From NCBI GenBank assembly GCA_013239625.1, contig MU054338.1, forward strand, positions 6,488,724 through 6,552,723: DNA of 64,000 nt, read 5' to 3'. Both the position numbers and the translations under genes were made by a program. The notes beneath the pieces are model-generated. The model was given only the letters and a program-made list of their open reading frames with translations, had not been told where the DNA came from and ran no database searches. This document shows, one piece after another, positions 25,481-42,211 of this stretch. Source of the stretch: Lama guanicoe. Lineage: Eukaryota. The stretch's first letter is position 1; every line of letters begins with the position of its first letter.

Positions 25481-28149
25481 GATGTTTGAATGAGAAACCT
25501 CTGAGCCAAGCAAACAAACCCTGTAGCTGTGAGCCAGAGTTGGCCCTCGGACTTCCAGTTTGAGACCCTCCAAACCATGACTGCTCTGGTCTCTGGCCAT
25601 GGGAAAGTCATCAGTTTGCACCTCCCAGCAGTCTTATTCATGCCTCAGGACTGGTCTGAGGGAGACAGAGAGCAGAGAATGGGAAGTCCTGCTGCACTCT
25701 TCTGGTTCTCTGGATTGGTGGGGGTCTGAGGGAGACATTTTGCAATTTCAGAGGCAAGGACATGGCTCAGTGAGAGTGGGTGCAGGTTGGGTGGGGCGGC
25801 CCCTGTGGGTGAGGGTTCTGGCAGCAGAACCTGCCAGGCAGGTGTGCCGGCCCAGGCATGCATCAGGCAGACAGGCTGTGGCAGGAGCATGGAGGCCAGG
25901 AGTGCCCTTCCCCTGGAAAGAGAAAGGGCTTGGCTGGGAGGGGTGGGGGCGGGAAGGGCGGGAGGGCAGGGGCTCATGGGGCCTGAACTGCACCCTCTCC
26001 TAATTCCTCCTCAGGGATACAGCGGTGACCAACAGCACCTGAGCAAACACGTATTGACCTCTCATCTCTGTGTTCCAGCTCTGTCCCATTCATTCCTCCT
26101 CAACAACATCCCTCAGAGTGGGAACTGTCATTATCCAGTTTATAAATGGGGGCACCAAGGCCCAGGGCGGGGTGTCAGTTGCCAGAATCCATGATTACAA
26201 AAGACTGACTCCAGACTCCAAGCCCTTAACATTTATTTACTCAATGACTGTACAGACAGACAGACAGACAAGGTCCTTGCCTTCCTGAAGCTGGGAGTCC
26301 AGGACAGAGACACACAATAAGCCAGATGAATAAATTATCAAGGTAATTTCAGATGCTGCCATGTGAGACTGGCAAGGATGGGGGACACATCATGGAAGAC
26401 CTCTCGGCAGAGGTGACCAACTGGCAAGGGCTGATGGAAGGGTGTTCTAGGCAGGCTGATTCCCAAGTGCCAAGGTCTTGAAGTATGTGAGGAACTGGGG
26501 AGAGGCCAGTGGGGCTAGAAGGGAGCAAAGCAGAGGGAGAGCAGAGAAATAAGAAGGAGAGACTGTGCAGGGCCTTGTGGACCTTCTGGTTAGAATTTGG
26601 GCCACATATAGAGCCATGGAGGTTCTGGAGCAGGAGAGGGACATGATCTCGGGATATCTGGTGCATGCGGTGGCATGAGTTGAGGGTGCTGGGACCCATG
26701 GCCGGAAGAGTCACCCTCAGCCTTGTAGGGCCCGTGGGAGGTGAGACTGCTGCCTGGGAGGTGTGAAGCAGCCACTTTCCCACTGTGGGGTGCGGCTTCC
26801 CCTTTGCAAAAGGAGGTCATTTATCCAACGCACGCTATGTGCCAGTCATGGCTCTGCCACCTTCGGGAAATCTTCAGGGCTCATCCCAGTGGGCTTGGTG
26901 GGTGAAGGGGTCGAGCCCCAAGCCCCAGCACCTAACCCTTAATGAGCCCCCCACCTGGCCTATGCTGACCCCACTGACTGTGCTGTTTCTGCGTGTAAGC
27001 CGTCAAATAGACAGGAGCAGTTCTGTCTGGAGCCACAGGAATCCCCAAATCGCTACATGAGAATGCGACCCAGCCAGGGTGCCCCACACAGTCCCTCTCC
27101 CAGGGGCACTCCTCCATGCAACCCCATCCCCAGCCTCCGGCTCATCCTGGGACGCCCTCACTTGCCCTGTGGCCTGCAGAGCCTGAGACTGGCGGCTGGT
27201 GCAGAGGGCACAGTCCTGGTGAAGGATGCAGCAGCCAGACCCAGCCCCACTTCCTGGCTGTGGCAAGCAGTCTGAGGAGGTTCCCAGCCTGGAAGCTCCT
27301 GGGAACTAGGGGCACAGGGTGTGGGACCAGCTGGGACTGGCCCGTAGGAGGAGTACAGGCCTGGGAGAGGCGTGGGAGAGAGAATAGACAGAGAAAGACA
27401 AAGAGCGACTGAGAGGCATACACTCAGAGACCGGGAGAAACAGAGATGGAGAGACCCCGAGAAACCAGAGGAGAGATGCACACAGAAAATGATGGAGCTA
27501 TTCATTCATTCATTCATTCACTCACTTAGCGGCTACTTATTGGGCACCAGCTGTGTCCTGGCAGTGCCCACAACAGACGCAAATCCCTGCTCCCATGGGG
27601 CTGACAGTCTGGTGGGGGACACAGTCCAGAAACATGATAAAAGAGTAAATGACATTGTTGGGAGCGATAAGGGTAAGAGAGATGAGGTGGGGGAAGCGGG
27701 AGAACAAGGAGGACTTACGAGCAGGATTCTTCTTATCTGGGGAGGGGAAGGTTCCCACCAGAATCTTGCCTGCGCCTGCCCCTCCCCTACTAGCCCCGAA
27801 AGAGGGTTGGGAGCGGGGAAATGGGGTGGGACCTGCGCCCGGAAGCCGCCAGGACCAATCTGCTAGGGGTAGGGGATTGAGGCTTGCCGAAGACCCCCTC
27901 CTAATCCGGGGTGCTGGAGTCCATCCACCGACGGGGCGTCCAGGGGGTGCAGCCCAGGACGTTCAGTTGGAAGGTAGGCTGAAAATGGGGAAGCACCAGT
28001 GCCCAGGGCAGGAGGACAGACCGGACTCCTCTACTCGAGGAGATGGGGGGAAGTGGCTCAGGTTGTGGCTGCCCCAGCAGAAGAACCCTCCCCTTCTCGT
28101 GTCTCTGGGTCCTCCTACCGAGACGGAGCGTCCCTGGGAGGCCAGCCTG

Positions 28150-28720
28150 GAGGGGGGAGTCCAGGGCTCGCCGGTGCCAGTCGCCGCCGGGGCGCGCTCC
28201 GGTACCGCTGTGGGTGGCACAGGCTGGCAGACACGGGCTGGGTGCCCAGGCCCTAAGGGGAGGGGGCAACTGCTTGCGACCGCCAGGGCTGGCGTTGCGG
28301 GTCCGCACCCCAGCCTGTTAGCTCCAGCCCCGCCCCCCGAACAGCAGCCGATCACTCCGCTCCGGGCAGCGCGACTGCTGAGGGCGCACCACCTGGGCGC
28401 AGAGGTGAGTGTACAGCACTGGGACCTTTCGGGCGCGGGGCTTGGCCTGGCCCGGAGGGGTTGCCCTAGCCACTACCCTTGTCCCCTTGCTTGGGTTTCC
28501 CGGGCCTTTACCGAAGGCCTCTCAGGAGGGGAAAACCGGCGACTCCGGAACTCGATGCGGGACCTGGGATGGGGGTGGGGGACACCCGGAATCCCCCGGC
28601 CTCGCCCTCTCCCAACCACGCCACTGCAAGTTTCGCTACCTCACTCCTGCCTCCAGGCAAGCCACGGCGAGGCGGCCGGTGCACAGGCTGTGAGCCTCTG
28701 CGCAGTGTCCCCAACCGAGA
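28150..28720 (+). promoter_or_regulatory. S1PR5: S1PR5 promoter CpG region and non-coding exon 1 (donor after 28404)
   Basis: CpG-rich, GC box at ~28327, donor GAG|GTGAGT at 28404/28405, acceptor ctcctcag ending 29843, 18 nt before the ATG. Confidence 0.65.
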
Positions 28721-29861
28721 AGGAGCGCGTGTAACATGTATCTGGGTGTATCCGATGCCCCCTCTCCCCAGCATGGCTGAGTCTGTGACTCCCTGTGGAT
28801 CTGTATTTGCGCCTGGCTCCCAGTGTGCAGCTGACGCCATCTGGGCTGCATTTGTTTCTGCCATGTCCAAATAAGTCCGTTCCCCTCCCCAGGCCTCGGT
28901 TTTCTCATCTGTTAAGTGGGACTCCAGCAACTGTGTAACTGTTTCTGTGTGGATGTGCTTGTGTGGGAGCATGAAAACCTTTGTGCCTGCTGCTATGTGA
29001 GGTACTTCTTCTGAGCCTCAGCTTCCTAGCCTGTAAATTGGGGCTAAGGGGGGAATTGTGGAGGGGATTAAAGGGCACATTCGTAGGTGGGAGGTATTAT
29101 TATACTTTAAAGACATGTCTGACCCGCAAGAGTCTGTCTCTGAGACAGTCTGTGGATCCTGTCTGCTGCCCTCAGGCTCTGCCTCTGCAAAATGGCTGGA
29201 TGGGTTCAGCTTTCTCACTGGGGGTTTTGCGGTGGTTGAAGGGGGTTTCACAGGAAAACGCCCTGGGTGCAGTGAGGCCTGCAGATTGTGGGACTCTGGG
29301 TCCCAGGCTGGGTGTGGGTGGAGGCTGTGAAATTCTGGCCTGTGAAACTAGGCACTAGGTCCCGTTTGTGCGTGGTGGAATTTGTATATCTCTGCCTGTG
29401 GCACTCTGTCCATGTGTAAATGTATTTTCTTATTTCCATAATGGGGTGTAACTGAGCATTTTGCTCTAGTTTGTGACTATGTGTGTCCATGTCCTTGTCC
29501 GTTTGTCGCTGTCTTTGTGTGTACATTTCTGTGTGTGGCTGTTTCTGGCTGTGATTAATGTGTCTCTGGATATCCCTGCTTATGTGTGAATTATTGGTGT
29601 CCCTTTCCCTATGGGACTGTGTGTTATCTTGTCCCCTCGTGGTATTATTTGTGTGTCTTTGTATCGGTCTGTCTCCATGGACATCCCCTTCCACCCCGAA
29701 TTCCCTACGGGTCAGAGCGTGCGTGTTGGGTGGGGAGTAGAGGGTTAGGATCCCCTTCCCAGGTGAGGCCCCGCGGGTGCCCGCCTCCGCAGCCGCGGGG
29801 ATGGCGCGCGCCAGGCCTGACATTGCCCCCAATCTCTCCTCAGCTTTGGGGCTGGCGGCCC

Positions 29862-31064
29862 ATGGAGCCGGGGCTGCTCCGGCCAGCACCGGTGAGCGAG
29901 GTCATCGTCTTGCATTACAACTACACTGGCAAGCTCCGCGGTGCGCGCTACCAGCCTGGCGCTGGGCTGCGCGCCGACGCTGTCGTGTGCCTGGCCGTGT
30001 GCGCGTTCATCGTGCTCGAGAACTTGGCCGTGCTGGTTGTGCTCGGACGCCACCCGCGATTCCACGCGCCTATGTTCCTACTCCTGGGCAGCCTCACGCT
30101 GTCTGACCTGCTGGCGGGCGCCGCCTATGCGGCCAACATCCTGCTATCGGGACCGCTCACGCTGCGCCTGTCGCCCGCGCTCTGGTTCGCGCGAGAGGGC
30201 GGCGTCTTCGTGGCGCTGGCCGCATCGGTGCTGAGTCTCCTGGCCATCGCGCTCGAGCGCCTCCTCACCATGGAGCGCCGGGGACCCGCGCCCTCCACGC
30301 GTCGAGGGCGCACGCTGGCGCTGGCGGCCGCCGCCTGGGGCGTGTCGCTGCTCCTCGGGCTACTGCCTGCTCTCGGCTGGAATTGTCTGGGCCGTCTGGA
30401 CGCCTGCTCCACTGTCCTGCCGCTCTACGCCAAGGCCTACGTCCTCTTCTGTGTACTCGCCTTCGTTGGCATCCTGGCTGCCATCTGTGCACTCTACGGA
30501 CGCATCTACTGCCTAGTCCGCTCTAAAGCGCCGCGCCTACGCGCGCGTCCCGGGGCTGGCGAGGGCGCCTCGACCCCCGCACGCCGCACACCGCGCTCCT
30601 TGGCGCTGTTGCGCACGCTCAGCGTGGTGCTCCTGGCCTTCGTGGCGTGTTGGGGCCCCCTCTTCCTGCTACTCTTGCTGGATGTGGCGTGCCCTGCGCG
30701 GGCCTGCCCCGTGCTCCTGCAGGCGGACCCCTTCCTGGGCCTGGCCATGGCGAACTCGCTTCTGAACCCCATCATCTACACGTTCACCAACCGCGACCTG
30801 CGTCAGGCGCTCCTGAACCTCATCTGTTGCAGCTGCCTCCCCTGCGGCCGAGGCTCAGGCTCGGGTGCCTCTCAGCGGTCGGGGAGCGGCCCTGAGGCTT
30901 CCGGCGGCCTGCACCGCTGGCTGCCTCCTGGCCTGGGCGGCAGCTCCAGCCACTCCGAACGCTCGTCGCCCCAGCAGGATGGGCTGGACACCAGCGGCTC
31001 CACTGGCAGCCCTGGCGCTCCCACAGCAGCCGGGACTCTTGTACCCCCGCCCGCCGCAGACTGA
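29862..31064 (+). CDS. S1PR5: Sphingosine 1-phosphate receptor 5 (class A GPCR), 400 aa, intronless CDS
   Basis: [30 protein letters not shown] start, WFAREGGVF ligand motif, ERL at the end of TM3, CWGPLF, NPIIY, C-term PAAD; context cccATGg. Confidence 0.97.
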   Translation: MEPGLLRPAPVSEVIVLHYNYTGKLRGARYQPGAGLRADAVVCLAVCAFIVLENLAVLVVLGRHPRFHAPMFLLLGSLTLSDLLAGAAYAANILLSGPLTLRLSPALWFAREGGVFVALAASVLSLLAIALERLLTMERRGPAPSTRRGRTLALAAAAWGVSLLLGLLPALGWNCLGRLDACSTVLPLYAKAYVLFCVLAFVGILAAICALYGRIYCLVRSKAPRLRARPGAGEGASTPARRTPRSLALLRTLSVVLLAFVACWGPLFLLLLLDVACPARACPVLLQADPFLGLAMANSLLNPIIYTFTNRDLRQALLNLICCSCLPCGRGSGSGASQRSGSGPEASGGLHRWLPPGLGGSSSHSERSSPQQDGLDTSGSTGSPGAPTAAGTLVPPPAAD

Positions 31065-33879
31065 TGCCTTTTGGCCTGCCATTGCCTTCCCTAAGAGTTC
31101 TTTTGTAGACTTTCTTTTTAAATAAATGAATTTGTAGGAAAAGCAGCCGAAGGTGGTGAAGGTAGAAAAGACGCAGAAAAATGTATTTTCTTGACGCTAA
31201 ACCCCGCAGGAATGGACAAAATAGACAAAAATTCCTGCCCTTGTGGAATTGATGTTCTGGTGGCAGACATGGACAATAACGGAGTAAAGAGGTATGGAGA
31301 TAATTCCAATGACAATACAGTGATGTGATGGTGGTCAGGTGATGCCTCTCTGCCGAGGTGGTGACGTGTGATGTGAGCTGAGACGGTCACTGTCCTGGGA
31401 AATTCTGAAAGAAGAGCATTTCAGGGTGGAGGGAACAGCAGGTGCAAAGGCCCTGAGGCTAGAATAAGCCTGTGTATTCTCTGAAAAGCAAGGATTTCAG
31501 TGTGGCTGGAGCAGCGATGGAGAGGGAGAGTGGAAGGAAACAAAGGCAGGGAAATAATGGGGCAGGTGGTGCAGGGCCCTGTGGGCCCAGGAGAGGACTT
31601 TGCTTTTGCTCTGAGTAAGGCGGGATTCATGGAGGGTTTTAGGCAGAGGAGGGACTTAATCTGGTTTAGATGTTTCCAGGTGCCTCTGGTTTTGTTGGGG
31701 GCAAACCTAGGAGAATAAGATGACGGTGACTGCACTGGCCTAAGGAAGCGATGATAAGGACTCAGACCACATGGACTTATTGTGCCTGGTTAGTTACCCC
31801 CACAGTGCTAGGCGCAGGACACACCTTTTTCTCACCCGGACTGCAACCTTGCAAAGTAGGTTTCCTCACCTCCATTTGACAGGTGAGGAAACTCCAAGAA
31901 CTGAGTACCTTGTCACAATGTCCGCCAAGGCAGGATACTAGCCTAGGCTGTCAGGCTGTGAGGCCCAAGGAGGCACAGGCCTAATGTCCTGCTTCTCCTG
32001 GGGGGCGGGGGGTCTGTCAAGGCCAGGCTGACAATCCCTCCTTCAAGGGTCTGCATTCTTGGCCGGGGGCGGTACCAGGGCCACGTTTGTGCCCATAAAA
32101 GCCTCCAGGCGCGCTGGCCACAGCCCCAGCTGTCCTCTGGCGCATTCCTAACCCTTGCGGAGGGGCCGGCGGGAGAGGGGCGGGGCGAAAGTGGGGAAAG
32201 GACCGGGGGTCCCGGTCTCAGACTGCAGCGGGCCACCTGCCGGGAGACAGCGGAACTGCAGGCAGTCGCGAGCCAGGTGGTGTTTTGGGGGAGGCTCTGA
32301 CCCAGCCTAGGGGACTGAGTCTCCGTGGGCCGTCCCTGCAGACCTCATGCACAGGAAACCAACGAATTTCCTGGAACACAAACACACCCAAGCTTGGAGT
32401 TATATCCCAGGCCACTTCCAGAACTGGGCCCAATTTCCCACCTGGCCTGGCTCCCCTACCCCAGGCTCCGGTAATCTTCCAGGGCAACCTGAGATATCCC
32501 ACCCCACTGTTCAGTTGTTTGATGGTGTGATGATAGATTTCACTTGTTCACATTTTACAAAATTCAAAAAGCACCGGTTTCCCTTCCTGGATGCATACAC
32601 TGTTCAGAAACTTCCAGAGCTATCCTGTGAATACCTGAGCTAAAATGTAAATACATTTCCTCTCTTTTTACACAACTTGAGCATTGCTCTCCACCTTGCT
32701 TTGTTAACTTAATAGTGTATCTTGGAAATTGTTGCACATTTAGATTCTCTACTGTGTTAATCAGCTCTGGGTCTCTGGTGTCTCTTCTTATAAGGGCACT
32801 AATGCCATTATGAAGGCCCCACCTTCATGAACTCATCTAAACCTAATTACCTCCCCAAATCCCCATCTCCAAATACCATCAAACTGGGGGTTAGGGCTTC
32901 AATATATGATGTGGGTGCGGTGGGGGGTGATGGTGTCACCATTCAGTCCATAACACATCTTTTTTTTTTTTCATGTTAAAAAAAATCAAGGTAAACATTC
33001 ATACAGCAACTGTCTTTGCTTCGTTTCACTGGCTGCATGGTATTTCACAGCATAGACATATCATCACTTATTACACCAGGGCCCTAGGGAGGGACAAGTG
33101 TGTAGAGTCCAACACTTTGCATTTACACAGTGTTGCAATAAACATCTGATGTACACACACCCTCCTGCACGTTTGCAAGTGTAAAACTTGGATAAATTTC
33201 TACACGTGGCACCGCTGGGTCACAGGGCTTGTAGATACTATTTTGAGAGATATGGGAGGTTTCCTTCGGCGGGTCGAGGAGGGTGAGCGTTTCCCCACAG
33301 CCCTGGCCACTCCGTGTACGGTATTAGACGGCTATGCTATGGCGCCCCCTCTGGAGAGATCCAGAACCACAGTTTCACGCAACAGGAATGGGCGTAGGGG
33401 CGAGGAACCCTCCATCCAGCCTCGCGCGCGGAATTAATCCCAGGCCCTGAGCAAGGACTCTTAAATCTTCCAAGTTTACCTCGGAGGCGGGCGGAGTCTT
33501 TTCTTTGACCAACATCTAAGAAGCGTTTCCTTCTATTCACTTAGTTTTCATATAAATGGACTCTCAAAAAAAACCCCACAAAACACCCTTAAATATATTT
33601 ATTTAAAAGTTAACTTTAACTTTATAACACAAACAGCATAAATGGCAAATAAATATCACTTACCATGAAAAATAATCATCCTTCATATTTATTAGGCGCT
33701 AGCATTTACATTTAGTCCTTTCCGTAACCTAGCAGGTAGGTGCCTTTATTATTAACATTTTACAGGGAGAAAACCGAAGCCTGGAGAGGTTAAGTTACCG
33801 GCCCACTGGTACAGAGCTAGAGTGGCAGAGCCAGAGTTCGAATCCCGCGAGCTCCACCCGCCTTCCAGATGGGAGATAA

Positions 33880-35500
33880 CTAAAAAAATGAAGACAACGA
33901 AACTCCAAGTAGGTAGACAATTCTAGCTGGATCCTGCGCCCGCCTTATTGTGAGGCCTGCGCTGTTTGGAGTTAAAGGGAAAAGAGCAGCTCGTGGAGAG
34001 CAGGCTCGCGCTGAGACGACGAAACCCTGCAGACCGAAGGGACTGCTAAGGGGGAAAGGGCCGGGTCGACTTGGCCGTGCGCCCTCGCCCGACGCCTCGG
34101 TCCTCGCCCATGGGCTCCGGGCACCTGCGGGAAGGGCGGGGAATCGCGGCTCCTTCCCCGCCGCGCCCTCTCCGCCCTCTCCCCGCCTCCTTCCCGGGCG
34201 TCCCGAAGCTGCCCCCCACCCGACGGCCTCGACCCCACAGGCCGCGCCACCCCAGGGCCGAGGTTCCCCGACGGGGGAAAGGCCCGCAGGTCCGCGACAA
34301 CGAAAGTTAGGCGGGAGACGCCTCCGGCCGGGCCGTGGCCCCTCGGGCTTCCGGGAAGCTCGGTGCGCGGGTGGCACCACCGTGCCCTGAGCCGCCGCCG
34401 CGCCCCGGGCATCCCCAACCCGTGGCGAGAGCAGCGGAGGCTACGCGGGGACCCAGGTGAGCACGGCGGCGGCGGCAGCGGCGGAGAGGGGTGTCCACTG
34501 ATCCCTGGAGCGGGGGAGCGCAGGGCCTCGAACCTGGGGCGCTTACTCTCCGCGCCTCTGACCACGCGGCTGGCTGCGCCGAGGGCTGCGGTGCTTGGCC
34601 CCGCCGCAAAGACCCATGCTGCGGTCGCCGCGCAGGGGTTGCGCAGCTGGGCGACTGCGAGCGTGGGCGGGGGAGTGGGGAGCGGCCCCTCTGTCGTCCC
34701 GGCTGCCGGAGGCCTGCGGCCGCGGGGACTTTTATTCTGATACGGCCGGCGCCCGGCTCTGCTTAGTCATGGTGACCTGCGCGCCTTCCGCGCCTCCCCC
34801 CGGCGCGCTGCGATGGAGGCGCCCGGGCCTGGGCGACGGAGGCGGAGCCCGAGCGCGGCCATGGCGGGGTGAGTGAGGCGGCCTGGGCCCGGGCTGCGGG
34901 CACTGCGGGCGGTGAGCGCCCCTGCGGCGGTGCCCGGGGGTCGGAGAACTGGGCGCCTCGGGCCGGGTCTCTTCGGGGTTCCTGCGTCTCCGCGGAGGAC
35001 CAGGAGGGCGCGGCTCGAATCCTATCCTTTTGTTGGACGGCGCGACTCGCGGGGTGGCCCGAGAGCGACGCAAACCGAGCGAGAGGCCCAGGGAGCGCCG
35101 CTTGGACGGAGGCCCGGGGACCCCGGGGCGTTGGGGGGTTTGGTCTTCGCCCTGGGGCTGACAGTGGAGAGGCCGCGGCGGGGTCACTTCCTCCCTTCTC
35201 CAGGCCTTGGCCGCTCAGGCGAGACATGCGCAGTCCCCCACTTACCGCTTCGTTGGGGGAAGTGCCCAATGCCCAGGGGGTACCGTTGACCGATTGGCCA
35301 AAGACCAAGAGGCAGGCCCGGGCCTCAGCTGGGGAGAGGCGGCCAAGCGGCGCCCAGGGCCCGGGGAGGAGTGTGCTCTGGCAGACACAGTGGAGTGGGC
35401 AGTCAGCCAGCCACAGCTTGCTGACCCCAGCGCAGTGCCAGGCCCCGGACAGGACGTGGGGGAGGTACATGAGAGGGTGGGCACAACCCTGACCTACACA
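33880..35500 (+). promoter_or_regulatory. KEAP1: KEAP1 CpG island with alternative first exons (~34170-34305; donor at 34456; ~34757-34868)
   Basis: High CpG density; donors CAG|GTGAGC 34456/7 and GGG|GTGAGT 34868/9; shared acceptor ctccag ending 36516. Confidence 0.75.
34760..34775 (-). promoter_or_regulatory. Antioxidant response element (NRF2/sMAF)
   Basis: Minus strand TCACCATGACTAAGCA matches TMAnnRTGAYnnnGCR exactly. Confidence 0.75.
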
Positions 35501-36563
35501 GGGCTACCTGTCCTCTAAAGCCTGGGGCTCAGGGCCAGAGAGACAGCTCATCCCTCAACAAGCAAGCAAAGGAGCTCATTTCAATTCCTGATGAGTGCTG
35601 TGATGGAAATAAAACAGGGAGGAGGTGACTCTGAGCTGAGCCCAGGGAAAGTAAGATGAAGAACCTGGGGAGCCTCTTGCCCCCTTCTCCCTGCAGGATT
35701 TTTAAAAACATAAGTTATGCTCTGGCACTCCAGACTCCACAGATTTCATGGAAGCCCTCCCTTCAGTAATCGTAATCTCTCATTACACTCCTCCCTGATT
35801 CTCCAGATTGTCTCATTCTGCCTCTGAGCCTTTGCACTGTTCCTTCTGCCTGGAAAACTAAGTCCTACCCACACCTCCTTCATATGTTCCTCCTTCTTGT
35901 CTCAGCTCTAACAGAGGCCTGGACTACCTGATTTAAAGTAACTGCCCCCAAGTCACACTGTCACAATGCCGTTGTCATTTTCTTCATAACACCCATTTCT
36001 GCTCAAGTCTTGCTTATTTTACTTATGGCCCTTCCCTCCCCAGTGTCCACTCCAGAGACAGAGTGTATGTCTGTCTTGCTCACTGCTGTGTCCCCAGTGC
36101 CCAGAACTGTGCCTGGCACACAGTAGATGCCCCATAAATGTTGGTGAGGTGAATGGAGGAATGAGCTGTACATGATCTAAGAAGGGAAGGGCCACCAGGC
36201 AGCTGAAACAGAATGAACAAAGGTATGAGGTGGACAGGAGCTGACTGTGAAGGACTTTGCAGGCCATTAAAGAGTTCAGTTTTACTCTTTCTGCCACTGG
36301 GAGTTGTGGGTGATTATGAGCAGGGGAGGGACATCATGTGACCTGTGATTTAAGATGGACCCTTGGGCTGGTGAGGCTATGGGGTGGCTGGTGGGCACAA
36401 ATGGACACTGCTTTGCCTGGGCTTGGGAGGGAAAACTGATCTCGGAGTTGCTTTATTTTAGAAAAGAAGGCCTGGCCCCAGGCCCTGCCCCCAGCCCTAT
36501 GCTCTCCCTCCTCCAGGCCTCTGAGTGCCAGTGGTGGTGTTGTCCCTTGTCATCTGGAACCCT

Positions 36564-41656
<5,093 letters not shown>

Positions 41657-42205
41657 GCCACTTCTGTTTCTTGGGTGAAAAAAAAAAAGAGAGATCCGAT
41701 CAAGAATATTGTCACTTTTGTACAAAAACAGGGACAAAAGAAAAGGCTACAGAGCAAATGCTTGTTCTCCACGACGGGAGGCTATGATGCCTCAGTGTTA
41801 AAATGACAACTCGAAAGAAAAGGAGGCCAGAGTTGGGAACCCATGAGCCCGTCAGAGTAGTCCCAGGAATGTCCAAGAGGGCCTTCCTGGGAGGTGGGTG
41901 CGGGAAGGGGTACTCCTGGGAGAGAGGCCCCCGCACCTGCTACCCTGAGGCTGGGCCTGGGCCCCACACCAGCAACCGCCACCTCCCTTTGGGATGAAAG
42001 CAGGAGCTGAGAACAGGCTGGTTTTTGTTCCCTGCCTCTTTGTGATTGGTTCCTGGAGGCCTGGGAAGGAGCCAACTGAGGCCTTAGGGGCTGAGGCCCC
42101 TCCAGAGGTGTGGACCCGGGGATGGGCCTGTACATAGAAACCACTCGCTATCGCTGCCCTGGACAGTCACTTTGTTGATAAGTAACTCTGTAACTTTCCA
42201 ATGAA

Positions 42206-42211
42206 AATAAA
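42206..42211 (+). terminator. KEAP1: KEAP1 polyadenylation signal
   Basis: AATAAA ~550 nt after the stop, with upstream UGUA motifs. Confidence 0.75.

Noticed and set aside
27649..28734. 361-aa ORF upstream of S1PR5
   Set aside because: Non-ATG start, G/P/R-rich low-information translation over a GC-rich promoter, crosses the S1PR5 exon-1 donor; no recognisable domain
29586..29861. 92-aa N-terminal extension of S1PR5 in the ORF track
   Set aside because: Mostly intronic (acceptor at 29843); the recognisable receptor starts at ATG 29862
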